Assembly: GCA_973851085.1 (NCBI GenBank)
Contig: OZ316775.1
Coordinates: 10,044,001 to 10,108,000 of the forward strand
DNA: 64,000 nt
Origin: Ptychomitrium polyphyllum
Taxonomy: Eukaryota
Direction: 5' to 3'
Within the stretch, counting starts at the first letter, position 1; every line of letters starts with the position of its first letter. The notes beneath the pieces were generated by a model. The model was not told where the DNA came from. It did no database searches and saw only the letters and a list, made by a program, of their open reading frames with translations. Shown piece by piece: positions 1 to 12,984 of this stretch. The position numbers were made by a program, and so were the translations under genes.

Positions 1-132
1 TGTATATCCGGATGATTTTTTTTGCACCAATGGCTATGACATTTAAAACTGTCTTTGGGCAGAAGAAAATAAATACTTCTCTCTTCATAGTGTCACAAAG
101 TGCACTCAGTAGTATTGCAATGGCAAAAACCG

Positions 133-1298
133 TGTCGCGCACCTCTCCTTCAAGAGTGCCCGCAACATTAACGGCACAAGGGGGACCCCGGAGTAACGTT
201 CGGAACTTGTGGCGCCGATAGTAAAGTGGCCCAAATAGACCTAGAATGGGAAGGATCGCAAGGAAGAGAAACATCCTTGTCCATGAAAACCGAGGGCCAT
301 GAGGGATAAAATGTAGGCATTGGAGGACTCACAACAAGTTGATTCTAAAATGCTAAAGATTGCTCAAATTGGACAAGGGAGCTAAAAGATATGGCATCCA
401 AAAGTTGGGGATGTCAAGTTGCTGTTCTGGACTGTGGCAGCCTTAGACAGTGACTATACTGGACTGGGACAGTGCAGGGAGGGACTTCCCGGGAGTCCCA
501 AACCTTGGGAGAGGCATATCTCCCAGAATACCAAGTCAAATCGGACGTTTGAGGAGTCTGTCAGCATCTGCGCAAATAATAGATGACAATAGAGTGGTTG
601 TTTGATAGACTCGGACACCAAATGTGGAAGATATGGCTCCTTGAAGATTCGCAGGAAGTCCTGAAGGCTTCCAGCGGTTAAGTTCCAAGGGAGATCGAAT
701 GATCTTCCAAAGTTTTTGGTGTGTTGGGGTTGAGCCAGCTACAGAGAACTAGGGGGCCTACTGAATTCCATAGAGAGTACTATAGGGGAGGGCTGGTCTC
801 CCCTCCCCACTCCTCTAGTGTTTCGGTACAAACCAAGAATGAGTCTCGGTTGGTAGAACTAATGTTGGGGCTTCACCCCGGAGACTCTCACACCATTGTG
901 AGCCGGTGGATGATAGGTTTCACAATGGAAACTAGTGAAATCAAAAGAGCACGCTTGTTACCATTAAGTTGGGGTGGTGTCTTCACGCTGGTACCATGAT
1001 GGCTCTAGGTGATCTTAGGATCACATGGAGATTATGAATGGTGGTGAGAAGACATCACTAAGTGCGATTAGGCCGTGTAAAATAGGAGTAACACCAAGTG
1101 AGGCCTTGGACATGAATGGAAGTCCGCACCTAACTACTGGCTACCAATCAATTGGGTGTCCTAGGAGAAATGGTAGGAGGAATTGGAAACCAAGCGTGAA
1201 ACTTGGAGAGTGAAAATTGGAATTAATCATATGCATGTGGAGGTATACAGGATTGGCGCACGTGACGTTTGTTAAGGTACATTATAAGAGTTGCGACA
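133..1298 (+). mobile_element. Solo LTR of a Ty3/Gypsy family (same family as element C at 47839-54080)
   Basis: TG...CA termini (TGTCGCGC...TTGCGACA), colinear with the LTRs at 47839-48986 and 52935-54080. Flanked by AACCG/AACCA, a 5-bp TSD with one mismatch. No PBS or internal domain follows. Confidence 0.9.
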
Positions 1299-1461
1299 AA
1301 CCATTTTGATTGAGGTCAAAGATTCTTTCTTTCCACCCTACAAAATAAGTATTTTTATAGTTGAAGTCTTTTAAGATGCCGTTGGCTTATAGACCTTTGC
1401 AGCCGCTATAAGAAAAATTCCGCCTATGCCTATATATAATTTAATATTTGAAGCAGCCTTG

Positions 1462-2378
1462 AAAGATTACTCAAATCAGACAAGGGAGCTAAAAGTTATG
1501 GCATCTCAAAGTTGGGGTTGCCAAGGGGCTGTTCTAGACTGTGGCAGCCCTACACAATCACTGTACTGGATTGAGACAGTCCAGGGAGAGACTCCCTAAG
1601 AGTCCCAAACCTTGGGAGAGGCATATCTCTCACAATGCTAACTCAAATCGGACGTTTGAAGAGTCAATTGGCATCTACACAAAGACTAAATGACGATAGA
1701 GTAGTCGCTCAATAGATTTGGGCATCGGACGTGGAAGATATGACTCCCTGAAGGTCCACAGGGAATTCCGGAGGCTTTTAGCGGCTAAGTTCTAAGGGAG
1801 ATCGGGTGGTCTTCCAAAACTTTAGGTGTGTTGGGGTTCAGCCAGCTACAGAGGACCAGGGAGCCTGCCAAATCCCATAGAGAGTACTATAGGGGAGGGC
1901 TGGTCCCCACTCCCCTAGTGTCCTGGTAGAAACCAAGGGTGAGTCCCAGTTGGTGGAGCGACAGTTGGAGCTTCAATACGGGGACTCCCACACTATTGTG
2001 AACCGGTGGATGACCGGTTTCACGAAGGGGAATAGTACGTTTAAAAAGGCACACTTGTTACCACTAAGTTGGGGTGGTATCTTCACTCCGGCACCATGAT
2101 GGCCCAAGGTGATCTTAGAATCGCATGGAGATCATGAATGGTGGTGAGGAGACACCACTAAGTGCGGTTAGGCCGTGTGGAATGGGAGTAACACCAAGTG
2201 AGGCCTTGAACATGAATAGAAGTCCGCACCTAATCAATGGCTATCAATCAATTGGGTGTCCTAAGAGAAATGGTAGAAGGACTTGGAGAGTGAGAATGGG
2301 GGTTAACCATGTGCATGTGGGGGTATACAGGGTTGACGCGCGTGACGCTTGCTAAGGTGCATTACAAGGGTTGCGACA
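1462..2378 (+). mobile_element. 5'-truncated LTR of the same family
   Basis: Similarity to 133-1298 starts at AAAGATT about 220 bp into the LTR and runs to the TTGCGACA terminus. Confidence 0.85.
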
Positions 2379-5300
2379 AAGTGCTTGTATTGGAACTTCA
2401 CAAATGATGCTAAAAAGATGACTACTACCACGCCATTCAAATTTAAAGAAGTATTGGCAAATACTAATCATTTTATATTCAGTACTAGACAAATGGACAT
2501 AGACAGTGTATTACCAACAAAAGCGTAGTACAAAGATGTAACAACAAATTAACCTTCTAAACGACAACGCAATTTGTGGCCCTTCTTTAGCATTGTACTT
2601 GGTTTTCTTGGTTTCTTTACCACATCAAAATATGCAGTACGCACCCTCTTGCTCCAGCTACATCCTTGCGGAAAAGTCTTCTATCTTGAAGGTAAATATG
2701 TAACACTATTGGACAATAAAAGACTTCTTATGCTTGCCACACAAAATTTTGCTCCTGAAATTCCATCCAATGGTACCATGGTTAAATGGCTCAAAATGTA
2801 GGACTTCTATAGATCACTGAATCTGCTTAAGCAGCAAAATATTGAAATCATACACAGTAAGATCAATATAGTCCTTTATAAAAGAACTACTAATGTTCTC
2901 TTATAGCCTCTTTTATCAAAGGAATTTTCTCCATTATGCTGATTGAAATGCACTACAAGGATAGTTTAGGGTGGAAAGAGTAGAGGCTACTAAGTGTTAG
3001 TTGCAATGTGAAAAAACTTTAACCTTCAATTTTAAACCTTCCTTGCAATTGTTGTGACATAAGAAGTTGAATTTTTGCCATTGCATGTTAGAAAGCACAT
3101 CCTAAACAATTCTAAAACAGATCCAATAAAGGTTTTAAAAACATAAATAAGCGCAATTAGCAAGAAAGAGGCAATGCAATAAAAGAATCTTAAACTTCCT
3201 CACACTTCTTAAGAAACAAGGTATGGGCTCTTTACAACAATCATAATTCTAGATCAAAGGTAATACAAAAGGATGTTGCAAGCTTGGAAGTGGTAGTGAA
3301 ATCTACTTAGTATCTTTCTAGATGGACATGGACATGGCATCTATGGCTAGTGTTTCATAAGAAGGGCGCATTGGACACTACTTACAATCTTGGAAAGATG
3401 AAGGTAAACAATGGCTGAAATTACCCACAATACGGCAGGGGCGGGGAATGGATGGACTAGGTTGGCCATTGCGGCACATCACAACTTTTGACATATTATT
3501 TTTATTTTTATTAAATAGTGGTGCTTCATTTATAATCCAATTGAAGGAGACAAAATTAGATCAAGGATAAAATAGAAGTTACTTTATATCTAATTGCATC
3601 ATCTATAGGAGAAGAGACTTTTCCCAATTTTTTAAAAAATTTACAATATAATTGGTTAAAATTTTTAAGTTCTCATGTAAGATTTATTCTTTGTCTTTAT
3701 ATCCACAAGAGAATGATTTTGAAGATACATAAGAAGAAAACTTGGCTGTCTACATGGTAGCAATTAATACAAATAAAAATTTCCCCATTGATCATATTTA
3801 GATGTTTAGAAACACTCTCAAGATGACAACTTAAAAGCTTGTCAATGCAAGGCAATTTTCTCCCTCTTAATTATTTTAAATATCTTCTTGTTTTCTCCAA
3901 GGGACCATCTTTTGCCTAAATTATCCATATCTTGGAATTCTCCTGTCTACTACTACAAGACAAGTGTAAAATGGCCCTCCAATTAAGAGCAAAATCAAGG
4001 ATTCTACCTTACACCTACCTGTCTCACATACAAAACTGAAATCACCAGGATTGGAAACTAGCCCTTACACAACCATTACATTGATTCCAATCTGCTACAT
4101 AAGAAAATTATTCTCAGGTTTGTGCACAAGTCATGCTTCCAGTCCTCGTCCTGTATCCCCAAAATCTCTAAGTGCTTGTACTTTTTCTTGGGAAAGTAAA
4201 AGTACCAAGAATAGATCCCTTCGTGCCAAGTAGAGATTGGCACATGATCCTGTAATTCTCTACTGGGATTGGTCTACAGTCTGAAGGTAACCTATAAAAT
4301 GAAACCCATGCATTGAACTATAAATTAACTATAAATTTTTTTGTTTGTAAGGCCAGGTTATATGTAGCTTGGAAAGTCCCAGCAGTCCAGATTGGAAGAT
4401 GGATGGTGAAATTCCTGTGCTCTCCTGCCCTCAGAATCCATTCGCTTTGCAATGTGCTTCCTAGAGCACCTATTGCCGCCGCAGACCCATGGCCACCACG
4501 TACTAAGAGATTAGAAATCATCATGTTCATCATGTGCAGTATCATTCACCACCACAATCTTGTCATTCATAATTTAGGTTTGGTGCGTGATGGTAATGGA
4601 TTGAGAGTGCGTGAAAAAAAATCATAGAATGGTAATAAAAAGAAGAAACTTAATCTTACACTATTAATTAAGAAGGGAAACATATGATGAAAATAGGCTT
4701 AATGAAGAGTGGTTACTGAATTTGATTTATGTGCTTAAGCATTCATCAAATGATGGTTACTTGTTATTATTTAAGAAATGGAGTGATCTCACGATGGTGT
4801 TTGATCTTTTGCAAAATTATCCTTTTCAAATTCACAAGTAACTCAAAATATGTTTTTATGATTGAAATAGTACTAGAATTCAATCCTTAATCTCTATCCA
4901 CTAAACATATACAGAGTTTATGAAAGAAAGAATCCCTCATTGTGGTGGCTCATTGTGGTGGTAATGAGCTGTCCCACCTTAAATACGTGGCACTGGATAA
5001 TTGGCAATTACAAACCATGCGCCCATGAAAACAATTTTGGACTCCATAATTTCCCTTTGCAAAGAGCCCCCTTTGGAACATCCTCTACGAAGCTGGATTT
5101 GCAATTACTCACTGTACGCTTGTGAAATGAACTTTGGATATAGTATAGCTATGCACCTAGACGACAATATGGTCCAAGTTCACTGAGAGCATATTTCAGA
5201 GTTGGTTCCTTATCTTTTTCATGATTCCACTTCTGTTCTGCCATTCCAGCCCAAAAAGTACTCCTGTAAGGTCCCGTCGCAAGTTCCTAGAACGTTCTGC

Positions 5301-5848
5301 ACCTATCAGGGATAAGTGTCAAAGATCATTGTTGGAACATCATTATCTATTATTATCAGGTTAGGTGTTTTATTGCCATGAATCACGGAAGACTTTCTGG
5401 GTACCTCAAAAGAATTCAGGTCAATATTGCCTTTTCCAAGCCCTCCTTCAAGGGTGTAAGTTCTCTCTGGTTCAGATTTACATATTAATTTTATAATTTT
5501 CATCCTTATAGGAAATTTATCATTATATCACCACACATAACCGCACTGTCGTGAAAAGGAATTCTTCAAACACACATCTTTAAAGAATACATCAAAGGAG
5601 TTTAGAAAAAGAATTTGCACATTAAAGGCTTTGAAGCGTAGCAAGTGAATCAAAAATATGGTTTTGATGTCAATAAAAATCTAGGAACTTTTAAAATTAT
5701 ATCCTTGTCTATTTACATTCATTAAACTTTATAAAATCTTAAAAAGTGAATTTAAGTTTACATATATGCTCAATCTGCACCTTCATGTAGATGTACCTAA
5801 ATGGCCAATACAAAGAAACAGGTAGATATAAATCAAAAATTGTTCTTC

Positions 5849-5948
5849 NNNNNNNNNNNNNNNNNNNNNNNNNNNNNNNNNNNNNNNNNNNNNNNNNNNN
5901 NNNNNNNNNNNNNNNNNNNNNNNNNNNNNNNNNNNNNNNNNNNNNNNN
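5849..5948. other. Assembly gap (100 N)
   Basis: Run of 100 N. Contiguity across it is not guaranteed. Confidence 0.99.
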
Positions 5949-6271
5949 TGGTGGTTCTGAGCTCGTGATTGTTGGGAGAGTAGAGCCAGAAGGTGGTGAC
6001 GTGCTAGGAAGTGATATGAACGAGTTGCGATTGACTTCCTGGGCCTGGTTTTGGGAGACTACGTAGCTACGAACTAGCTACTCTGTTTCGCAGGGATATT
6101 GATTTCGATACATACTCGATATGTATTGTAGTTGAAGCAGCGCAAACGTTGACATCGTCGGAGAGCCTTCGTCCAACTGGGGGGAGACGATCGTTGCTGG
6201 AGGTAGGAAACGATTTAGTGGCGAGTTGTCTTGAAGAACGAAAGGCTCGTCGTTCGAGGGCAAGAAGAGCT

Positions 6272-8159
6272 ATGGGGAGTGAAGGGCGAGTTTTGAGGTA
6301 TGGTATCATAGGAGTGGGCATGATGGGTCGCGAGCATTTGTACAATTTGGCTGCTCTGCCTGGCGGCATAGTGGTGGCTGTGGCCGATCCTCATCCCGGC
6401 TCTCGTGAAGCAGCGCTTGCTGCCACCTCAGGGCTGCAATCCGTCGTCCTTCCCCTCCTCTTACGGTGAGTAAGTCGACCCACATAATCTCTTGAATATC
6501 TCATACCATCACCCAGGTTCTTATGAGATAACCTTAAGTAATTGGAAGAAATTCTGGCGTTCGGGAAGAAATTTTTCATTCAATCCCCCCACCGCAAGTT
6601 TTTCATTCTTGGCTCTACCTGCTCGCTTCATTTCTTGACTATCTTCTCCTTTCTGGTATTCAAAATTTCATCTCGGAGACGATCATCACGAACTGAAATT
6701 CATTTTCCTCCTCTGTGCGCACAGGTTTTCTCGGATCATGGGTCGTTGTTGGACAGTGGGATGTGTGATATCGTAGTCATAGCCACTCCCAATATGACAC
6801 ACGCACAGATCCTTTTGGACGTTCTTTCCCATCCCAAGCCACATCACATTTTAATCGAGAAACCTCTTTGCACGACCGTCGAAGATTGTTACAAGGTTAC
6901 GACGGCCTCTACAGAATCTTCACAATCCTTTTGCAGCGCATGAAGTAATTGACTTATCTGCACTTGTAGGGATTTCATAAATGCATTGAAATGTTTATTG
7001 TTTTTGAGACTTATGTGTTTTTTTTGGTTCGTTTTGTTTTTATTGCACTTACAGGTCTTAGAAGCAGCTAGAGCAAGGCCGGATGTCTTGGTACAAGTAG
7101 GACTTGAGTACAGATACATACCTGCGGTGGCTGAGCTGCTTGCTCAGGTGAAGCATAATGCGGTAGGGCGTGTCCGCATGGTTGCAATTCGGGAGCATCG
7201 ATTTCCGTTCCTTGTGAAGGTTAACAACTGGAACCGATTCAACAAGAACACTGGCGGCACTCTCGTAGAAAAATGCTGCCATTTCTTCGACCTTATGACA
7301 CTCATTGCCAAGTCTACTCCTGTGCGAGTTATGGCATCTGGAGCACAGAACGTGAATCACTTGAATGAAAGATATGAGGGCAAGGTTAGTACCTTAATAG
7401 GTCAGTTTGGTTTTCTCTGTTTCATTTCTACATTTCTTTTAATGGATTACTTTTTCTAAATTCCACTTGATTGCTGCAGGTGCCTGACATTTTAGACAAT
7501 GCTTACGTGATTGTGGAGTACGAGAATGGCTCTCGTGGAATCTTGGACCTGTGCATGTTTGCAGAAGGCAGCCGTAATGAACAAGAGATCTGCGTCGTTG
7601 GCGATGATGGAAAGGTATAGCAACAACCATTACTAATGAATTAGTTTCTACGTTTCTTGACAGATTTGGTCTGCCATTGGCTGCCAAGTACCACAGAATT
7701 TTTCATTTTTTCACTTTCTCACTGTTAGCACATGCAGGCGGAGGCTTTTGTTCCGGACAGCGTTGTGCGTCTGGGTTCTCGGATAAGTGGTAGAGAAGGT
7801 TTGCAGACATACGAGGTCCATGACAAAAGAATCAGGTGAGAGCGTACAATAGCATATACTTCTTAGTATTGCTGGTTTTGTGTAAGACCACACATCACCT
7901 TCACATTTGGTTGACGAGCCATCGGTGTTCTGATATAAGTCTTGCTGTTTTGTGAAGGTATGAGGGACTTCATCATGGATCCAGCTACTTGGAGCATATG
8001 GAGTTTGCAATGGCAGTGCGCTCACATGGTAAACAATCGCCTGCCGTTGGGTTAGAAGATGGTTTGATGTCCGTAGCAGTTGGAGTGGCTGCCCACAAAT
8101 CTATTGAAACAGGAAGGTTTGTTTTGATCAAGGAAATTCTTGGCAGCATAGTAGCCTAA
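6272..8159 (+). CDS. Gfo/Idh/MocA-family oxidoreductase (inositol 2-dehydrogenase-like), 6 exons
   Basis: Rossmann motif YGIIGVGMMG, plus EKPL, GGTLVEKCCHFFDL and YEGLHHGSSYLEH. GT-AG exons: 6272-6465, 6725-6895, 7055-7384, 7480-7614, 7738-7835, 7958-8159 (TAA). Exon 1 and exon 2 phases disagree by one base (see findings). Confidence 0.88.
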
Positions 8160-9709
8160 TTCTTCTTTTCATTGTAGGTACAGAATGTACGAATATGCAT
8201 ATTCTTCTCTAGTTCTGCACATGAACCTATCAATTAGAGGTATTGTGTCACAATAACTTGTAATTACATTTTTGAGAGAGTACCAAAGATGCTTTATTTT
8301 TGAACATTTGGCTGAAGCTTGACAAGAGACTAACTCTTCTTATTCCAAATTTTGCAATAGCGTGAAACATCACATAATTGAGCTGGATATTTATGTTATA
8401 TAATACTTGTACTTACAAATCTACATTAGCTATTGAGTAGCCTTTTTAGAGCCAATACAGGCACCCAGCATGTCAGAAATTGGCAAATCTTGGCATGAAT
8501 TAGTACTCTGTTCTGAACAAGATATCGACAGCGTTCAACTTGTTAGGGCTCAATAGACATCGGCTACCTGAGCACAACTACAAGTATATCACAAGCAAAA
8601 ACATTTACAGTTCTTTCTAAAAGAAATTCTAAATCCTGATATAAAATGGGCTCTTCTACCTACACAGGTAACCACTGCTGTCTTAAGGAATGAGATGTAG
8701 AGATAGCAAACTCCTAAAGTGAGCTGAGTTCATGCACAATCCAAGCAGAGCATGCCTACCAACGCTTGTGGGGCCTGGAAAATGGATAAGCCCTCTGCAG
8801 GCTTATCCACGGAGCGTCAGGATAGAGTACTATGATACAGTACCGAATCACGCGAAATCATCATACAGCAACGCTTTTAGGTACCAAAACAAGAATTCCG
8901 CACAGCATACAAGCTGCGATTCTTCCATTCAAACCTGGAGGCTGGTGGAGACTCACAGTTACAGAAGGCACGATCCCACAGATGAGGTGTTGGCAAATGA
9001 ACGTAAGATGATGAGAACTATCCCAAATCACAAACGCCAAGTGGCAGTTAGGGCTTAACGTTGTGCTGCCAAGTGACAGCCTCCACTTGTCATCCACTCA
9101 GAAGTGAAGCGGGAGGGGGGAAAAAATCTTCTTTCGATTGTGTCAAGAATCGACAGCGTAATGCCAGCATGCGACCCATAAAGCAGTATCATCGCTAGAG
9201 AGTACCCACAAGTGCATTTTATCTCCACAACAGTTTCATCTTTATCTGTACTCGACCGACATCTTGCACTTTTGTTGCTCATGCAGCTACCGACTGCTCT
9301 CGTGCAAAACTGATTTTTGGAAACCAGCTTGAGGAGAGAACTGATACCTTGGAAGTGGTAGGCGTGCCCTGGAACTCTTTCCGAAGGATTCTGCTGCTTA
9401 GTTTTCATCTTGTTAGAGGTATTTGCTACAGGGTGATCGATCGATCGATCGATCCTCTTGTGGGCATGTCCTTGCCGTTAGGGTTTATTAATGCGTTGGT
9501 TTTCATGGATATGAGAGAGATTGGGATGAGACTATGTGAGGGTGGGGTTTTGTGTTGGGGTTGTCATGTGGAGTAGGAGATAGTTCATTTGATAGAGGAT
9601 ATTTTTTGTCTTGACTAAGGTTTTTATCCTTACTGTTAAAGGACGTGTTGATGATTGGTTAGGTGTGGAGTTGGTAATCTAAGAAGAGGAAGGTGGAGGG
9701 AGGTGAAGA

Positions 9710-11685
9710 ATGGCGCAAGTGGGAGAGAAAGTGGGGGTGCTTTTGGGCACGAATGTGCACCAGATCGTGGAGCACAAACATCGGCTAGTGGAAATACCAT
9801 ACATGGCCACAGTGAACGACGCACTAACTACTTTGCTTGCGAAGAACATTTTGGCAGTGCCTGTAGCGGCCCCGCCGGGACAATGGATCGGAGCAGGAGG
9901 CAGTATGATTTTGGAGTCTGATAAAGTGACGGGGGCAGTGAGAAAGCAGTACATTGGGATGGTGAGCGTGTTGGATATTCTTATCCACATTGCAGAGGCG
10001 GAGAAGGAAGAAGATGTCGATTGTCGGCTGAAAGTGCCTGTGAGTTCTATCATCGGCCACTCTATGGAAGGACTCAGTTTGTGGACTATCAGCCCTCAGA
10101 CATCGTAAGTGGTTTATACGAGTTATGGATGGTGCCTTTACATAATTAAGAAAGACAAATGTTCATATTTTCCGTCTTTATGTTGAACAGCAGACTTATT
10201 GTGTGGAGGTGGACAGTAGGAGAAATGTGCATAGTTTTAGAGAGTGAACTAATCGGGGTTTCGAGACGGATTCGCATGATGTCTCTTCTAATTGCGTCCA
10301 ACATAGACCAAGCATCGCAACTCTGGACGAGTATTCATGAATGATACATTTTAGACCGAGCTTTCAGTGTGCATTACTTGTTGGTTTTACAAACAGCTCT
10401 ATCAACCCTACATCTTGGGTCTTCAATTTGTAGGGCTTGACTTGTGTGCTTTCTCTCTGTCAGTCCAGTAGTATAATTTAGATTTAATCGCCATAAGGGA
10501 CATGTAGGTCTGTTCATGTTTTGTGTCTTCAAGTTAACGATTTATTCAAGTTCATTAGAAGATTTTACGTATTTATCCCATTACCATTGTTTTAATTCAG
10601 CTATTTTTCCGGTATGTGCCTTATAAATAGGTATTTTGTAGTAGGTATGATCTGTGTTGTCAGATTTTTGCTTTTCTATCCCTATATTTTGAGTCCATTT
10701 CTCTTTTGGAAATGAGTGCGGGGACGTCTGAGAATAACTTAAGTATACGTCCGTAAACTTACAGGGTGTTTGATGCGATGGAGCCAATGAGCAAAGGTAT
10801 TCACCGAGCTTTGATTCCTGTCGAAAGCAAAATGGAGCACACCGTAGGAGTTGAACTTATGGAGGCTTCACCAGGGTACCATATATTTACTCAGACTGAT
10901 ATGGTTGAATTTCTTCACATACATTCCAAGGAACTCGACTTCATGACCAAAATGAGTGTGCTCGAGTTGGGCGCTGTACAATCCAACGTGTATGCTGCAT
11001 CCAGCTGCATGAGGGTAATGGATGTTGTGAAATGCATGCGGAAATTGTCTCTACAAGCTGTTGCAATCGTGGAGTCAACGGGAGACTTGGATAAAGAACT
11101 GGCTCTTGTTACGGTGAGTTTCTTCATGTTCGTATTGTCTTCAAATTTAGTCAGCACCTGCTTTTAGAAAACGGCTGGTAGATTACACTGTAAAAATGAA
11201 TTATTACTAAATTATTACTCTGCTCTTGTACTTACGTCTGTGTTTTTCCTTGGCGTACTTCTGTAAGCTTCCTGATACTGACGGTAGTGGCGGAATGTTT
11301 CTGAAAACAGGGCAATGGTAGAAAACTCGTGGGTACGTTCTCTGCAAGCGACTTACTCGGATGCACATCTCAAATGCTCCGAGCTTGGTCAACGCTCCCA
11401 ATCCTACGTTTCTTCAGCAAGGTTGGCATTGCACAGAGGTTTGGCATGGGAGCCGCCGTTAATGCTGGATCGTTTGAGTGTCGGGGAGTGCAGAAGTCCC
11501 CTGTTACGTGTCATTTAGAGACACCCCTATCGGAAGTGATGTCGAACGCTCTCACAAACCATGTTCATCGAGCGTGGGTGGTTGATAATGACGGAAAACT
11601 AAACGGCGTTGTCTCTTTTACTGATATGATCAGGGTGGTGCATGACTATTTCTCTAAACACAACCGCCAAAGAGGTTATCAGTAG
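9710..11685 (+). CDS. CBS-domain protein, SnRK1 gamma-subunit-like, 3 exons
   Basis: Tandem CBS motifs (ILAVPV, YIGMVSVLDIL, IHRALIP, GTFSASDL, VHRAWVVD..GVVSFTDMI). Exons 9710-10104, 10765-11113 and 11311-11685 join in frame at GT-AG sites. Confidence 0.88.
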
Positions 11686-12885
11686 GAACACTGTTACTCA
11701 AATGTTTAATCTTTGTGTTAAGACTTGAATAGTACCTGCAATTCTCATGTATAGATCTGTTGTAGGTGTTTTTAATTATCATTGCAAGTTGACAGGGTTT
11801 TTCAGCATTGGAATTGTAGAGGTCAATTTGTTATCTTGCACTTTCCGTTTGCTGGGCATGTATGATGTAGATGAACTTATCAAAGTGGAGCATAAGTATG
11901 TGAGTACCTAGACACTTAATACTAAGTTCTTGGATCTTTTGGTTTCACAAGTCTTAAATATGTTAAGGTTATTAGTTACTCATCAGAACACAGTCTTGGC
12001 CCTTAATATCTGAAGCTGTAGTAGTATGCACAGTCTTTCTAGAATGCAAGAACACTTGTGCACACTATTTTACACACATTATGTGATTGGAACTTACTCC
12101 ATAACTTACAAATATTGTCTCAAGTCCTTACATTATCAGAGGCATGTGCTCTGGAGTCTGGCCTCCAATTTATGAGGATGTTAATTGGATAGGCTACCTT
12201 TCGTAGATACATGATCTTTGTATACACCAATCTCCAAAAGTTGGAATTGAGGCATTGAACAAATACTTATGTCTGATTCTTTGCCTCCGTGCTGGTTTTT
12301 CTTTCCTGGACACCTCGCAGCTTCATAATGTTGCATTTTGCTTTCTTTGGTTGACACAAAATCCTGCTATAGGTTTCTGAGAAAGAAACAGTTATTGTAG
12401 ACAAGCCTTGTTCTGGTGCCAGGGTAACATGTCAAGCTCTGTAAATCAGTTGGTGCATTCGGACTTAGAGCAATCGAGGAACAGGAGATCAATATGAGTA
12501 GGAAGGAAGCTTCGTCTTGTCCTAGGACAATATTTCCCTTGGATTGTGCTAGAGATATGAGGTCACTAGGTATAAGCAATGGTATGAATTGCATTTCAAC
12601 TACTGATATGACGTAATGTTGCTGGATGTAAGTCTCTTGGAAAGTGACGTAGAGCACTCAAGAGAATTTCTTAATGCTACTCTTGATTTAACATGTGCAG
12701 CATATTGGAAGTGTAGAATTGAAATGTTTTTTATCAATAAAAACTGTGAGGACAACACCTGGTGTGAAAACTGGTTTCTTGTCACTTTGCAGATCAGATT
12801 CACAGCAAGCTGCCATTGGCCACAATATGTCACGATCATATCCCTACTCAAGCACATGTACACTTTTATAATTATAATTATATAT

Positions 12886-12893
<8 letters not shown>

Positions 12894-12983
<90 letters not shown>

Positions 12984-12984
12984 T
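12894..12984. repeat. Compound microsatellite (AT)n + (ATTT)n
   Basis: Directly visible. Confidence 0.95.

Noticed and set aside
12..2355. Short ORFs within the LTRs (also 47970-48821 and 52789-53939)
   Set aside because: They lie in LTR sequence and their stops differ between copies.
2400..5600. Possible degraded DNA-transposon remnants
   Set aside because: Some patches look coding-like, but no transposase motif, terminal repeats or TSD could be established by eye.
9055..9408. Minus-strand 117-aa ORF with a CxCG motif
   Set aside because: No confident homology or gene structure.
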